From: an uncultured Chloroflexia bacterium
GTDB taxonomy: Bacteria > Chloroflexota > Anaerolineae > CG2-30-64-16
Assembly: GCA_963810095.1 (NCBI GenBank)
Contig: CAWEMM010000007.1
Span: 448,001 to 512,000, forward strand
DNA length: 64,000 bases
Direction of reading: 5' to 3'
Translations under genes and position numbers: made by a program
Notes under the pieces: model-generated
The model's database searches: none
The model's input: the letters and a program-made list of their open reading frames with translations, nothing else
Told to the model about the DNA's origin: nothing
Shown here: positions 19,968 to 30,220 of the stretch, in pieces
Numbering within the stretch: position 1 is the stretch's first letter
Layout: every line of letters begins with the position of its first letter

Positions 19968-22391
19968 TCACCGGGCGAGCCGGGCCACTTCCAGGCGCTG
20001 GCCGGCCGCAGTCTCTTCTGCCCATGCGATCACGACATTGCCGGCGGCGTCCACCCCCAGCCCGGGCTGCATGAGCGTTGTTGTCCTGGCCCGGACCGCC
20101 GTCAGCGCGGGCAGCCACTGACCCGAAGGCTGGCGGCGCGCCACGTAGAGCGCGATCCCCGCACCCTCGTATTCCTCCCAGGCGACGTACACGAGCCCTT
20201 CCCGGTCGACCGTAATGGCGGGCAGCGATTCCGCGCCGCCGTCGACGTGATCGGCCAGCATCAGCGGACGCTGCCAGGCTGCACCGGCGGGGCGCTCCGC
20301 GACGAAGAGCTGGCCAAACCCGCCGCCCTCCCAACACGCCAGAGACTCAACCCACGTGGCATAGCTGTTCCCCAAGCTGTCCGTCGCCAGTGCCGGGCTG
20401 GTCAGGAGGTGGGTCGATTGGGCGAGGCGCTGGTTGGCCGCCCACTCGCCGTTGGCCGAACGGTATCCCGCCAGGATTTCCTGTCGTTCGGGCCGCTCGT
20501 CCACCCACACGATCTGCACGTTTCCCGGGCTGTCGATCGCGAGCGCAGGGACGCCGCGACACCAGCGCGCGCCGGGATCGCTGACGCGTTCCACGGGATT
20601 CCAGCGCCCGGGTGCCTGCTCGGACCTGAAGACGAGGTACCAACCGTCCGTCGCGTACTCGCACCAGGCAGCCGCCAGGTGCCCGTCAGGGGCCAGGACC
20701 AATGCGGGGTTGTCCTCCATCGGCCTGTCTACTTCGGGGCTGAGGCAGAAAGGCGGCCCCCAGACGCCGTGATCGCCGCGTCTCACGACCCAAAGGTCGG
20801 GCCATCCCACCCGGCTCAAGGGCAGAACGTCGGATGACCGCGCCCAGCCCGACCAGGCGACCGCCAGGTCATCGCCGCCGGCTGCGAGCGCGGGTCTCGC
20901 ACCCGGACTCGCCGTCCACGCAGGATCGAGCGCTTCGACTGCCCACCGGCCTGCAGAGCTCCAACTGACCGCTGTCAACGTGCACCTGAACCCTAAACCC
21001 ATGCACCCGCCAGGGTTCGAATACACTGCCGCTCCATCGGCCGGCGCGAGGCGCATCATTACCTGCTCGGGCAGCAGGGCGCCCAGCTGGGCCGGGCCGT
21101 CCAGTAGGGCCAACGCCGGCCCTCGCAGGGCTTCGGCTATGATCGTCTGCGCGGCGAGGCCCGTCCGCACGGTGACCCGGAACCCCGCGGCCACGGGCTC
21201 TTCGACAGAGACGGAGATGCCCGCCGCCGCATCGATAAAGACATCACCCGGCGTCCAGGCGGATGCCCCTGCCCCGGTGCGGGTGTCACCGGGGTGGGTG
21301 ACGAGGTGCGCCGGATGCTCCGTGCAGGCCGGATCCACGAGGTGGATGACCACCGCATCGACCGGCAGCGCGGCGTCGTATCCTGTGCGAAGCCGGGCTT
21401 CGACCGTGTAGTAGGTTTGGGCTAAATCGCCGCGCGGGATCACTGCCAGCAGGTAGCCACCACCAGGCGGCTGCGCGAGACGCTCAAGCGTGATTGTCGC
21501 GGTCGCGCCGGGGGCTGCCAGGTAGGTCACGGACGGTGGTATCCAGCCGAGCTGCGCCTTGGCCTGTGCAAGGACGTGTTGCGCGGTGATGCCGTGCGCC
21601 ATGTCGCAGGCACATTCGCCTGCCTCGCCCATCGGGTCCCAATCATCCGTGTACAGGGCGCCTGCCGCGCTCGCCGAATGCTCGATGCCGAAGACGTGCC
21701 CCATCTCGTGGACCCAGTCCGCGAAGGAGCTGAAGGCCCACAGCCACACGGTGTGACCACACCACTGGCCGGCATCTGTCTCCACACACGCAGAGCCGGC
21801 ATAGATCTCCTTGTTGAGCCACTTGTCGAACACGAGAATGACTGCGGGGTACGGCGTCAGGTCCGCCCCTGTCGCGGCTGCGCCGGCGCAATCCCGGGCC
21901 AGACCCTGAATATCCAGCACTCCCTGTGCCTGGAAATAGGCCTCCGAGCTCTTCCCAAGGTCGTGCCACCCCGCGACCCGGCTGCCGGCCAGGCTTATCT
22001 TGCCGTACGAGACCTCGCGCCAGTAGTCGTCCAGGCTGGGGGCTGGGCCGAACAGCAGGTCCTCGAAGACTGCAGGCGAATCGGCCGTTCGGGCAGCGTC
22101 CGACAGGTGACACAACACGACGAGAAAGGGCTGCGCTCCCGATACGACGTGAGGTGCTGGATGAGGCTGTGGTGTGGGGGTTGGCACCAAGCCGCCCGCG
22201 AAAGGTGAGGTCTCAGCACCGAGCAGCAGCAATAACAGCGACACTGCCGCGGAACAGAGGCGGAGCATCAGTTTTGCAGGCGCGGGCACCGTCGGCCTCC
22301 TCGGGTGTGAGGCCGTCGAGCCGGCCGGAACCCGCTCCGCGGGCTGCCTCACACTCCTTGGGGGCAAGTCTAGCAGGCGCGCGTTTGCCAC
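19968..22391 (-). CDS. Secreted M6-like zinc metalloprotease with C-terminal repeat (beta-propeller-like) region
   Basis: YWREVSYG, HEMGHVFGIEH, DPMG, KAQLGWI and YTVEAR; C-terminal PALA.D..G...AW repeats. Start codon uncertain. Confidence 0.65.
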   Translation of the reverse strand: MANARLLDLPPRSVRQPAERVPAGSTASHPRRPTVPAPAKLMLRLCSAAVSLLLLLLGAETSPFAGGLVPTPTPQPHPAPHVVSGAQPFLVVLCHLSDAARTADSPAVFEDLLFGPAPSLDDYWREVSYGKISLAGSRVAGWHDLGKSSEAYFQAQGVLDIQGLARDCAGAAATGADLTPYPAVILVFDKWLNKEIYAGSACVETDAGQWCGHTVWLWAFSSFADWVHEMGHVFGIEHSASAAGALYTDDWDPMGEAGECACDMAHGITAQHVLAQAKAQLGWIPPSVTYLAAPGATATITLERLAQPPGGGYLLAVIPRGDLAQTYYTVEARLRTGYDAALPVDAVVIHLVDPACTEHPAHLVTHPGDTRTGAGASAWTPGDVFIDAAAGISVSVEEPVAAGFRVTVRTGLAAQTIIAEALRGPALALLDGPAQLGALLPEQVMMRLAPADGAAVYSNPGGCMGLGFRCTLTAVSWSSAGRWAVEALDPAWTASPGARPALAAGGDDLAVAWSGWARSSDVLPLSRVGWPDLWVVRRGDHGVWGPPFCLSPEVDRPMEDNPALVLAPDGHLAAAWCEYATDGWYLVFRSEQAPGRWNPVERVSDPGARWCRGVPALAIDSPGNVQIVWVDERPERQEILAGYRSANGEWAANQRLAQSTHLLTSPALATDSLGNSYATWVESLACWEGGGFGQLFVAERPAGAAWQRPLMLADHVDGGAESLPAITVDREGLVYVAWEEYEGAGIALYVARRQPSGQWLPALTAVRARTTTLMQPGLGVDAAGNVVIAWAEETAAGQRLEVARLAR

Positions 22392-22455
22392 CGTTCCGTA
22401 CGCGTTAATCAGCGTCCAGGGGTCCCGAGTTCTGGCGAATGGGCGCGTTCCGGCG

Positions 22456-23244
22456 CTAATCCGGGCGCCTGGGCTGCCCGAGAACGTACGTCAGCCGGCC
22501 GGGGGTGCGCGGGATCTCCTTCTGGCCCACCTGCCACGTGTACCCGGGCGTCTCCGCGGCCTTTGACATGCGCGCCATCTCAGTCGTGTTGTAGGCGCGG
22601 AGCTGCGACACGATGCCGTCCCACCAGCAGGTGAGGCCGACCAGGGGGATGAAGTAGGTCCAGAAGAGGCGGCCCCAGCGGAACGGGCGGATGAGTGGCG
22701 CGGTGAACTGCACCAGGATGGGCGTCAGGAACATGATTCCGAGCAGGCTGGCCGCGCGGCGGTCCGCGGTGTCGATCACCGCAATGGGCTGGCCTGCCGC
22801 CGCCGCGTCCCGCAGGATTGCCTCCGCGTCGGCAGGGCGGAAGTGGTGGAACGCGTTGAAGAGGGTGCGGAAGCCCGGCAGGCCCTGCGGCACCGCGCGC
22901 ATCCACCGGCTCGGTCACGTAGTCGATACTGCCCGCCGAGGCCCGGGCCGCGGCATCGAAGGCGGCCAGGTTCGGATAGCGATCGGTCAGCGTGAAGCGA
23001 ACCGGCAGGCCGTTCGCCGCCAGGTCCTGAGCGAGCGATGGAATGGGGCCGGCCCCGCCCGAGCCGAGATCGACGATCCGTTCCGCACGGGTGGCGCGGA
23101 GCGCGCCGGCCAGAATCTCCGCGATGGGCCGATGCATCGCCATCTTCGCCTCGACAAACTGCAGGTAGTCCGTCGCATAGTCACGGATCCGCGCGGGAAC
23201 CAGGACTCGTCCTCAAGCTCGAACAGGTGCAGCCTTGGGATCAT
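22456..23244 (-). CDS. Class I SAM-dependent methyltransferase (two frameshifts)
   Basis: MIPRLHLFELEDESWFP, IVDLGSGGAGP..LTDRYPN and FNAFHHF..WDGIVSQLRAY are spread over three frames. Confidence 0.75.
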
Positions 23245-23294
23245 CGCGTACCTCTCGATTCGTATAGTCAACTGAGCGCCAACAACACAACGGT

Positions 23295-25206
23295 CTACTC
23301 GCCGATCGATGCCCCGAGAACCACCATTCGCTCGAATGGGTTACCGGCATTATCGCTGCCTCCTGCCCGGACCACGATCGTATACTCGCCAGCTGCAGGT
23401 GGGGTCCACGAGTCAGTGTACTGATCCCCCTGCTGCTGCAGGTCGACAACGTCCGGCTCGGCCCTAAGCGCAGCGTCTCGGATCAGAGCCCGCATGGTTA
23501 CGCCCTGCAGGGGACCGGGACCGCTGAGGCCAGCGGTGATCGAGACCGGCTGCCCGGCCCGTGCGGCCGGTGGGGAGAGCTCGGCCGTCATGCCTAAGTC
23601 GGTATCCATCGTCGCCAGCACGGCGAACGGCCCTCCGCCCGGCGGCGTCTCCTTCGCGGTCAGCCCGATCTCCCACGCTCCCGCCTTCGGACTCACCACT
23701 CCGTACCCCAGCGTCAGCGGCTCGCTCGCGTCGAGCACGCGCTCGAAGGTCACGTTGGGATTCGACTTCGGCGTCTCCTCGGTCAGGATCTTCCCCGCGA
23801 CCGTCTTGATGGTCATGCTGACCTGGCTGCCGGGCGCGAGGAGGATGAAGCTGGCGCTCCGCGCCTGGTCGATGGTCAGGGTCACCGACACCGTCTCTCC
23901 CGCCTTGAGCGTCCCCGCCTGCACCAGCGTGCTCTGCACCTGCTCGGGCTCGGTGAGCGGCGTGGTTTCGTCCACCATGCGGATCGGGTAGTCGCGCGGC
24001 GAGCGGGCGAGCGATGCGAAAATGCGCTGGAAGCTGTCCTGCCGGTTGTTGAGGTCCGAGTGGATGCCCGAGATGTGGTCGGGCGAGACCGAAACGCCCT
24101 GCAGGACGCTGCGCACCGACACGTAGCGGTCCGTGGGCAGCTCAGTGCAGCGGATCGCGATAGCCTGGCGCACGGCGTCGCCCGCAATGGCGAAGAAGGG
24201 CACCCCGCGGCGGTCGCGCACGGTCTGGTTGAAGACCGCGTTCAGGTACTCGGGCGTGATCTGCGTGGAAGCGGGCGAGAAGAGGCTGACAGCCGCCGGG
24301 ATGCGGCCGCACGGCGTCCCGCCGTTCGGGGTGCCCGCCATGAAGAGCTGGTTGGCGGCTGGGACGTCGGGCAGGCCGGGCGAGGTGACCATAGGCATCA
24401 GGTTCTGGACGTAGTCAGCGCGAAATGAGACCACCCAGGCTGTGGGCCACCAGGTCGACCCGCTCCGCGCCCGTGTTGGTGCGCACAGCCTCCACATATT
24501 CGGCCAGGATCTCCGCGTTCTCGCTGATGCTGAAGGTTGGCGTCGTCGGCTTAGACGGGATGCCCGTGTTCATACGCCGCGTGCCGAACTGCTTGTCGTC
24601 GACCGCATAAGGGGGCATCCCGTGCGCCTCCAGGTAGCCGCCGGGCTTGATCCAGTTGATCCAGGAGTTCTCGTCCGAGTTGAGGCCGTGGACGAGCACG
24701 ACCGGCTTGGGGACGACCGCCACCGTCTTCTCAGCCTTCTCGCCGCCAGTAAGAGCGGCCGTCACCGTGCGCGTGCCCACCTGTTTCTGCGCTTCCCACG
24801 CCCAGCCATTGGCTCGAAGGGGCAGTTCGCAACCGCTCGCACCCTTGGCGACGACGCACTCACCCAGTCCCGACGAGCTGTCAGCAAGGGCAAACGTCAC
24901 GGTCACGTCGCTTGCGGCCGGATCACTGAGGGTGGCGCTTAGTCCCAGAGCGTTGCCGTCCACCGTGCGGTCGACCGGCTGGCCCTTCGAGTCCAGGACC
25001 TGGATGGTGAGGTCAGGCGGCGGCGCACCGGTCGAGCCGGCGGTGGCGCTGGGCAGGGGCACGGGGGTAAGGGCCGGCCGGGGGACCGCGTCGGCCAAGG
25101 AGCCGGACCCCGCCGGGCTGCAGCCGGCGACAAGCACCGCGAGGGAGAGCAAGCAAGCGGCGGCTAACAGCCGGCGTAAGGGTGGCATGAGCGACCTCCG
25201 CGACAA
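23295..25206 (-). CDS. Alpha/beta-hydrolase (lipase/PGAP1-like) lipoprotein; frameshift near 24420
   Basis: Lipobox VAGC, PVVLVHG, nucleophile motif AHSLGG, then GTPNGG in the downstream frame and C-terminal beta domains. Confidence 0.75.
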
Positions 25207-25390
25207 ACTACAATGGAGGCGATTCTAACCGAGAATCACATGCAGCGCAAGGGATACACAAGCATGATACAGTACGTTTAGTTACATTGTACTCCCGGTT
25301 TCGCCTGTATGATGCGCAAGCCCGCCTGGCCTGTCCGCGCATAAGAACCCCAGGGGCACGCATCCTTCCAACGCCATAGGAGGCCCACCC

Positions 25391-27678
25391 ATGAAGGTGA
25401 AGTGGCTCACAACCCTTCTGGTCTTCGTTTTACTCCTGGCTGCCGTCGTCCCGTTTGCTTCGGCTCAGGGAACCGTCCAGGGCACAGATGACGTGCCGAA
25501 CGTCGGTGCAAACACCGACAATCCCTCGCATCCACTGGGAGACCAACAAGCGGCCGAGCGCGCCAAGGGCGTCGAGGCGAAGCTGAACGGCAAAGCCCAG
25601 GGCAAGGTCCACGAGGTTGCCCGCGGCCAGTATGTCGAACTGCAGCGCCTGGGCGAAGACAGCATTTGGACGGTGCTGGCCCAGTTCGGCAACCAGGTCA
25701 ATCCCACCTACGGCGGGACGGCCGGTCCTGTGCGCAATCAGATCCCGCAGCCCAACCGGGCGGTCGACAACACGACGATCTGGGCTCCCGATTTCAGCCA
25801 ACCCTATTTCCAGAATCTCCTGTTTGCGGATGGCGCGGGCGCCATTTCCATGCGCAACTTCTACAAGGAGCTTTCTGCCAACCGCTATACGGTGAACGGC
25901 GATGTGACCGATTGGGTCCAGGTGCCGTTCAACGAGGCGAACTACGGGTCGAACTACTGCGGCGGCATCGTCTGCGCCCGCACGTGGCTGTTTGTCCGGG
26001 ATGCGGTCAACGCGTGGTATAACGCACAGATTGCAGCGGGGAAGAGCCCGGCCGACATCGCCGCGTACCTGGCCAAGTTCGACGTCTGGGACCGGTACGA
26101 CTACAACGGTAACGGCAACTTCAACGAACCGGACGGCTACATCGATCACTTCCAGGCCGTCCATGCCGGTGAGGGCGAGGAGACCGGTGGCGGCGCCCAG
26201 GGCACGGATGCCATCTGGAGCCATCGCTGGTACGCCTTCTATAATAACATCGGCTTCACGGGCCCCGCTTACAATCCGCTGGGCGGCGTTAAGATTGGCG
26301 GCACGGATCTCTGGATCGGCGACTACACCGTCGAGCCCGAGAACGGCGGCGTAGGGGTCTTCGCGCATGAGTTCGGCCACGACCTGGGCCTCCCTGACCT
26401 GTACGACACGTCGGGAAACACCGGCGGCGCGGAGAACTCGACCGGCTTCTGGACCCTGTATTCCTCTGGCTCGTACGGCAACTCGGGCAAGCCCGAGGAC
26501 GGCATCGGCACGAAGCCCATCCACATGGGTGCGTACGAGAAGCTCTTCCTGGGCTGGTCCAACTACCAGGTTGTCGCGGCCGGGCAGTCGGCTTCGCTCA
26601 AGATCGGGCCCTCGACGGCCAACACCAAGCAGGCGCAGACGCTCGTCGTCCTGCTGCCCGACAAGCAGATCGAAAGCTTCATCGGCAACCCCTATGCGGG
26701 CAGCTACTTCTACCACTCCGGTTCGGGCAACGATCTGGACAACAGCATGACCCGCAGCGTGACCTTACCCGCGGGCGCAGTGTCGCTGTCGGCGAAGGTG
26801 CGTTACGATGTCGAGCTTGACTGGGACTACGCCTACCTGACGGTCAATGGCGCACCGGTTGCCACCAATCTCTCGTCGGGCACCAACCCGAACGGGCAGA
26901 ACTTCGGTAACGGCATCACGGGCTCGTCCGGCGGCAACTGGGTCGACCTGACGGCCGACCTGTCCGCCTTCGCGGGACAGACGGTGACGCTGGGCTTCCG
27001 CTATTGGACGGACGGCGCGGTGGCCGAGGCCGGCTTCGGCGTCGACGATATCGCGATCACGGGGCTCCCGATCGACGATGCGGAGAGCGACTTTGGCTGG
27101 TCGTATGCTGGCTTCAGCCGGACCACCGGGACGACCGCACAGTCGTTCTCCAATGCCTACTTCGCAGAGTTCAGGCAGTACAAGGGCTATGATGATTCGC
27201 TGCGGACGGGTCCCTACAACTTCGTCTGAACTGGCGACTGGGCCGAGCGCTTCCCGTACCAGGACGGCTTGCTCGTCTGGTACTACGACACCTCGTTTGC
27301 CGACAACAACGTGGGCGACAACTGCGCTTCGGGGCGCTGCGGGGGCCTGATGCTGCCCGTCGACGCACATCCCGACCTGTTGATCCGCCCGGACAACGGC
27401 AAGGTGTGGCGGCCGCGCGTCCAGTCTTACGACTCCACCTTCGGGTTGGACAAGACGGACAAGATCTCGCTTCAGGCTGGCGGCGCGACGGCCAGTACGG
27501 CGGCCTGCCGGCAAACCCGCTGTTTGACGACACGTAAGCTACTGGCGCGCGCCCGACGCGTCGATTGGGAACTTCGGCTGGTCGAGCGTGCCCCTGCCCG
27601 CCACCGGCACGACGATTCGCGTCGTCAGCGTGTCGGCTCAGGGTGGCTTCATGCAGGTCCAGGTAGGCAAGAAGTAAC
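25391..27678 (+). CDS. Immune inhibitor A-type (M6) metalloprotease; frameshifts after ~27225
   Basis: Signal peptide, EPDGYIDHF, AIWSHRW, HEFGHDLGLPDLYD; the C-terminus continues as GLLVWYYD..PVDAHP..RVQSYDSTF in other frames. Confidence 0.88.
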
Positions 27679-27700
27679 GCCCGGCTGCGCCTGACGATGT

Positions 27701-27735
27701 CACGAGGCCGCCCGCACGTGTGAGGCGGCCTCGTG
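27701..27735. terminator. Hairpin between convergent genes
   Basis: cacgaggccgcc...ggcggcctcgtg inverted repeat. Confidence 0.55.
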
Positions 27736-27737
27736 CA

Positions 27738-28244
27738 TTATGGGGGCGCGCTAGCGCAGCGCCTGTGCCAGTTGCGCGCCCCACTTTCGACGCGTTCGAT
27801 CTCCCCGTCCTTCAGCGGCCCGTACCTGTCCTTAACGATGAACTTCTCTGGCCCGCCGGCCGCCGCGTAGCCCTTCTCGGCGAGTGCCTTGCCGATGGAC
27901 TTCGCCGCGCTGCCCGGCGACCACCAGATCCGCGTCTCGAACCCCGCGCTCCGGCCGCTGCCTGCGGGCAGTTGCTCGAGCCAGGCGCGCATGCTCGGAT
28001 GCGACAGGTCGGGTGGGATGCGGTGCTGCATAGGGTTGTTCAGCGACTTGACCATGCTCTCGGTGGGCAAACTGAAGCCGAGCAGCGGCGCGCCGGCCAC
28101 GATCAGGTCGACACCGGCCAGGGCGCCGCCCATTGCTTCGGCCGTCGACATCGCTTGCGCCTCCGGGCCGATCCCTTCCGCAATCGCGCGCGCAATGGCC
28201 GCGGTGTTTCCCCAGTGGGACTCATAGACGATGATTGCTTTCAC
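27738..28244 (-). CDS. Flavodoxin family protein
   Basis: IVYESHWGNTAAIA FMN-binding loop; FETR; GPLKDGE. Confidence 0.85.
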   Translation of the reverse strand: MKAIIVYESHWGNTAAIARAIAEGIGPEAQAMSTAEAMGGALAGVDLIVAGAPLLGFSLPTESMVKSLNNPMQHRIPPDLSHPSMRAWLEQLPAGSGRSAGFETRIWWSPGSAAKSIGKALAEKGYAAAGGPEKFIVKDRYGPLKDGEIERVESGARNWHRRCASAPP

Positions 28245-28339
28245 GATGCTTGCCTTTCTTCACGGGCTGCTGTGTAAGTGGCCTGCCGGCTCGAACTCAC
28301 AAACCTGCCCAACGCCCCATCGAGTCGGTTTGAATGTGC

Positions 28340-29149
28340 TTAAGCCAGCGCAGGCGCCCGCTTCTCGACCGGCTTCCCTGCGTGCTTGCGGTAATAGCGC
28401 GTCGCCAACCAGATGAAGAGTACCATCACGGCGAAGACTTCCAAAAAGCCTAAGGTTGCCAGCACGGGCAGCGTTAGCCCGTCCTTTACCAGCGTCACGA
28501 GCTGGCCCATGGGCTGCAATAAGGGCCAGAGGATGAAGACGTTCTTGGTCAGGCGGAAGACCACGGCATACATGACGCCGACGAGGAAGAGGAACCCGAT
28601 TTCGCTCAGCGGCATGCCGTAGCCGATATGGTAGGCCGCGTAAATCAGCGCGCCGACCAGGATCGCAGGGATGATGCCAAACGCATCTTCCAGCCGCAGC
28701 TGCACCCAGCCACGCCAAAACACCGCCTCGAAGAAGCCGATGGCGAGGGACAGCGCGACGAGCGGCACAAACTGCGTAGGCGCCGGCAGCTGTGTTACGC
28801 GGAGCGTCGGCATGAACTGCAGTGCGGCGAAGACGAGCTGCAGCACAAGGCTCACGCCGAGCAGCCGGGTGGTGATACCCAGATCGGACACCGGCCGGCG
28901 GCGCACCGCAACGGTCCAGTACAGCGGGATGCCCAGGCCAAAGACCGTGGCCGTCAGAACGCCGTAGAGGAAGAAATACCCCATGCCCCCGGCCACGCTG
29001 GAACCGACCACGTTTGTCGCAAGGTACAGCGATCCGGTGACGAGGATCCAGGAGACGGCAACCGCGGCGAGGTCCCGGCCGGGCCGCCAGCGGAAGGTAA
29101 AGATCTGCCTGATGGTGGATGCGAGCGACGGGCCGAACGACTGAGCCAT
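28340..29149 (-). CDS. CPBP (CAAX/Abi) intramembrane metalloprotease
   Basis: FFEAVFWRG and YAAYH motifs, several TM segments. ATG at 29149 follows AAGGAGG. Confidence 0.8.
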   Translation of the reverse strand: MAQSFGPSLASTIRQIFTFRWRPGRDLAAVAVSWILVTGSLYLATNVVGSSVAGGMGYFFLYGVLTATVFGLGIPLYWTVAVRRRPVSDLGITTRLLGVSLVLQLVFAALQFMPTLRVTQLPAPTQFVPLVALSLAIGFFEAVFWRGWVQLRLEDAFGIIPAILVGALIYAAYHIGYGMPLSEIGFLFLVGVMYAVVFRLTKNVFILWPLLQPMGQLVTLVKDGLTLPVLATLGFLEVFAVMVLFIWLATRYYRKHAGKPVEKRAPALA

Positions 29150-29468
29150 GGCGACCTCCTTTGACGATACCAGACCGTAGTAACGTTGCCACAATCGCAG
29201 CGGCGGGGGCCGATGCGTATTATCCGCGGCCTGAGTATGAATACGCTTCCACCATACCCGGGTTGCGCTCGCTTGGAAGCACGGTAATGGGCCGGCAGCC
29301 ACACAAAGGATCGTTCGAATAGGTCCGCCATGCCTGCATTTCGAGATTCGCCGGGTCCGTGATACAATGGGCACTTGGTCACCCATTGCGACCTGTGGTC
29401 CACCGGTGTTCTCGACGGGGCCGCTCTTTGGACGGGTGAAAATCCATGCGATCTGGAGTGATGTGCTG

Positions 29469-29915
29469 ATGAGTGCCGTTGAGACCAAAACCCAACTACC
29501 CAAGGAAGGCCCACGGCCTTTCAGCAAGCAGCCTCTGGCGCACCCCTTTGAGGTTGGCGAGACCTACGCCAATCGTAACGGCAGCTATGAAGTGGTCGAG
29601 ATCGCGCCGCCCAAGATGACGATCCGCTACGCGAACGGCCGGACGGACGTGGCCGATATCGCCATCCTCGCCCGCATCTGGGAGAACCTGCAGCTCCCGC
29701 CTGAGGTGCCGGAGGAGGAGCCGCGCAGGCGGACGCCTGCTAAGGCAGCCGCCAAGACGACCGACGCGCCCGCGGCTAAGACTCCGGCCGCTAAGCCGGC
29801 CAAAGCGCCGGCCGCCCCGCGCACGACCAGGGCCCGCCGGCAGCCGAAGGCCGCGGCGGCGCCCGATCTCCCCGCTTCGCCCGAGAGCGACACGCCGGCC
29901 GTAACGGGCAGCTAA
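29469..29915 (+). CDS. Hypothetical protein with Ala/Lys/Pro-rich C-terminal tail
   Basis: Small N-terminal domain (FEVGETYANRNGSYEV) followed by PAKAAAK-type repeats. Confidence 0.6.
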   Translation: MSAVETKTQLPKEGPRPFSKQPLAHPFEVGETYANRNGSYEVVEIAPPKMTIRYANGRTDVADIAILARIWENLQLPPEVPEEEPRRRTPAKAAAKTTDAPAAKTPAAKPAKAPAAPRTTRARRQPKAAAAPDLPASPESDTPAVTGS

Positions 29916-30220
29916 GTGTCGATCCGAAAGCTCGCCGGGGGCGGTCTCTGACCGTCCCCACTGGCTCCGTTGGGGACTGCCCGAGCATTCCTCGCATAGA
30001 CCCTCAAGCCCTTCTGTCCGGGCTTCACCCCCGGTCCTCCGCTCGTCAACATGCCTTGCCGGCTTGACGCCATGTGTTGCCCTGTGCCATAATCTCCCCG
30101 CGCAGTCAGGGTGACGCGAGCGCAGTGTCGGCACTTCAGGCGTCTCCCTTGCCAGGCCGGATCTTGCGCAACTTCAGGTCTTCCTCATTCAATTTGGGGC
30201 ACACCGAAAGGGGAATTCGA

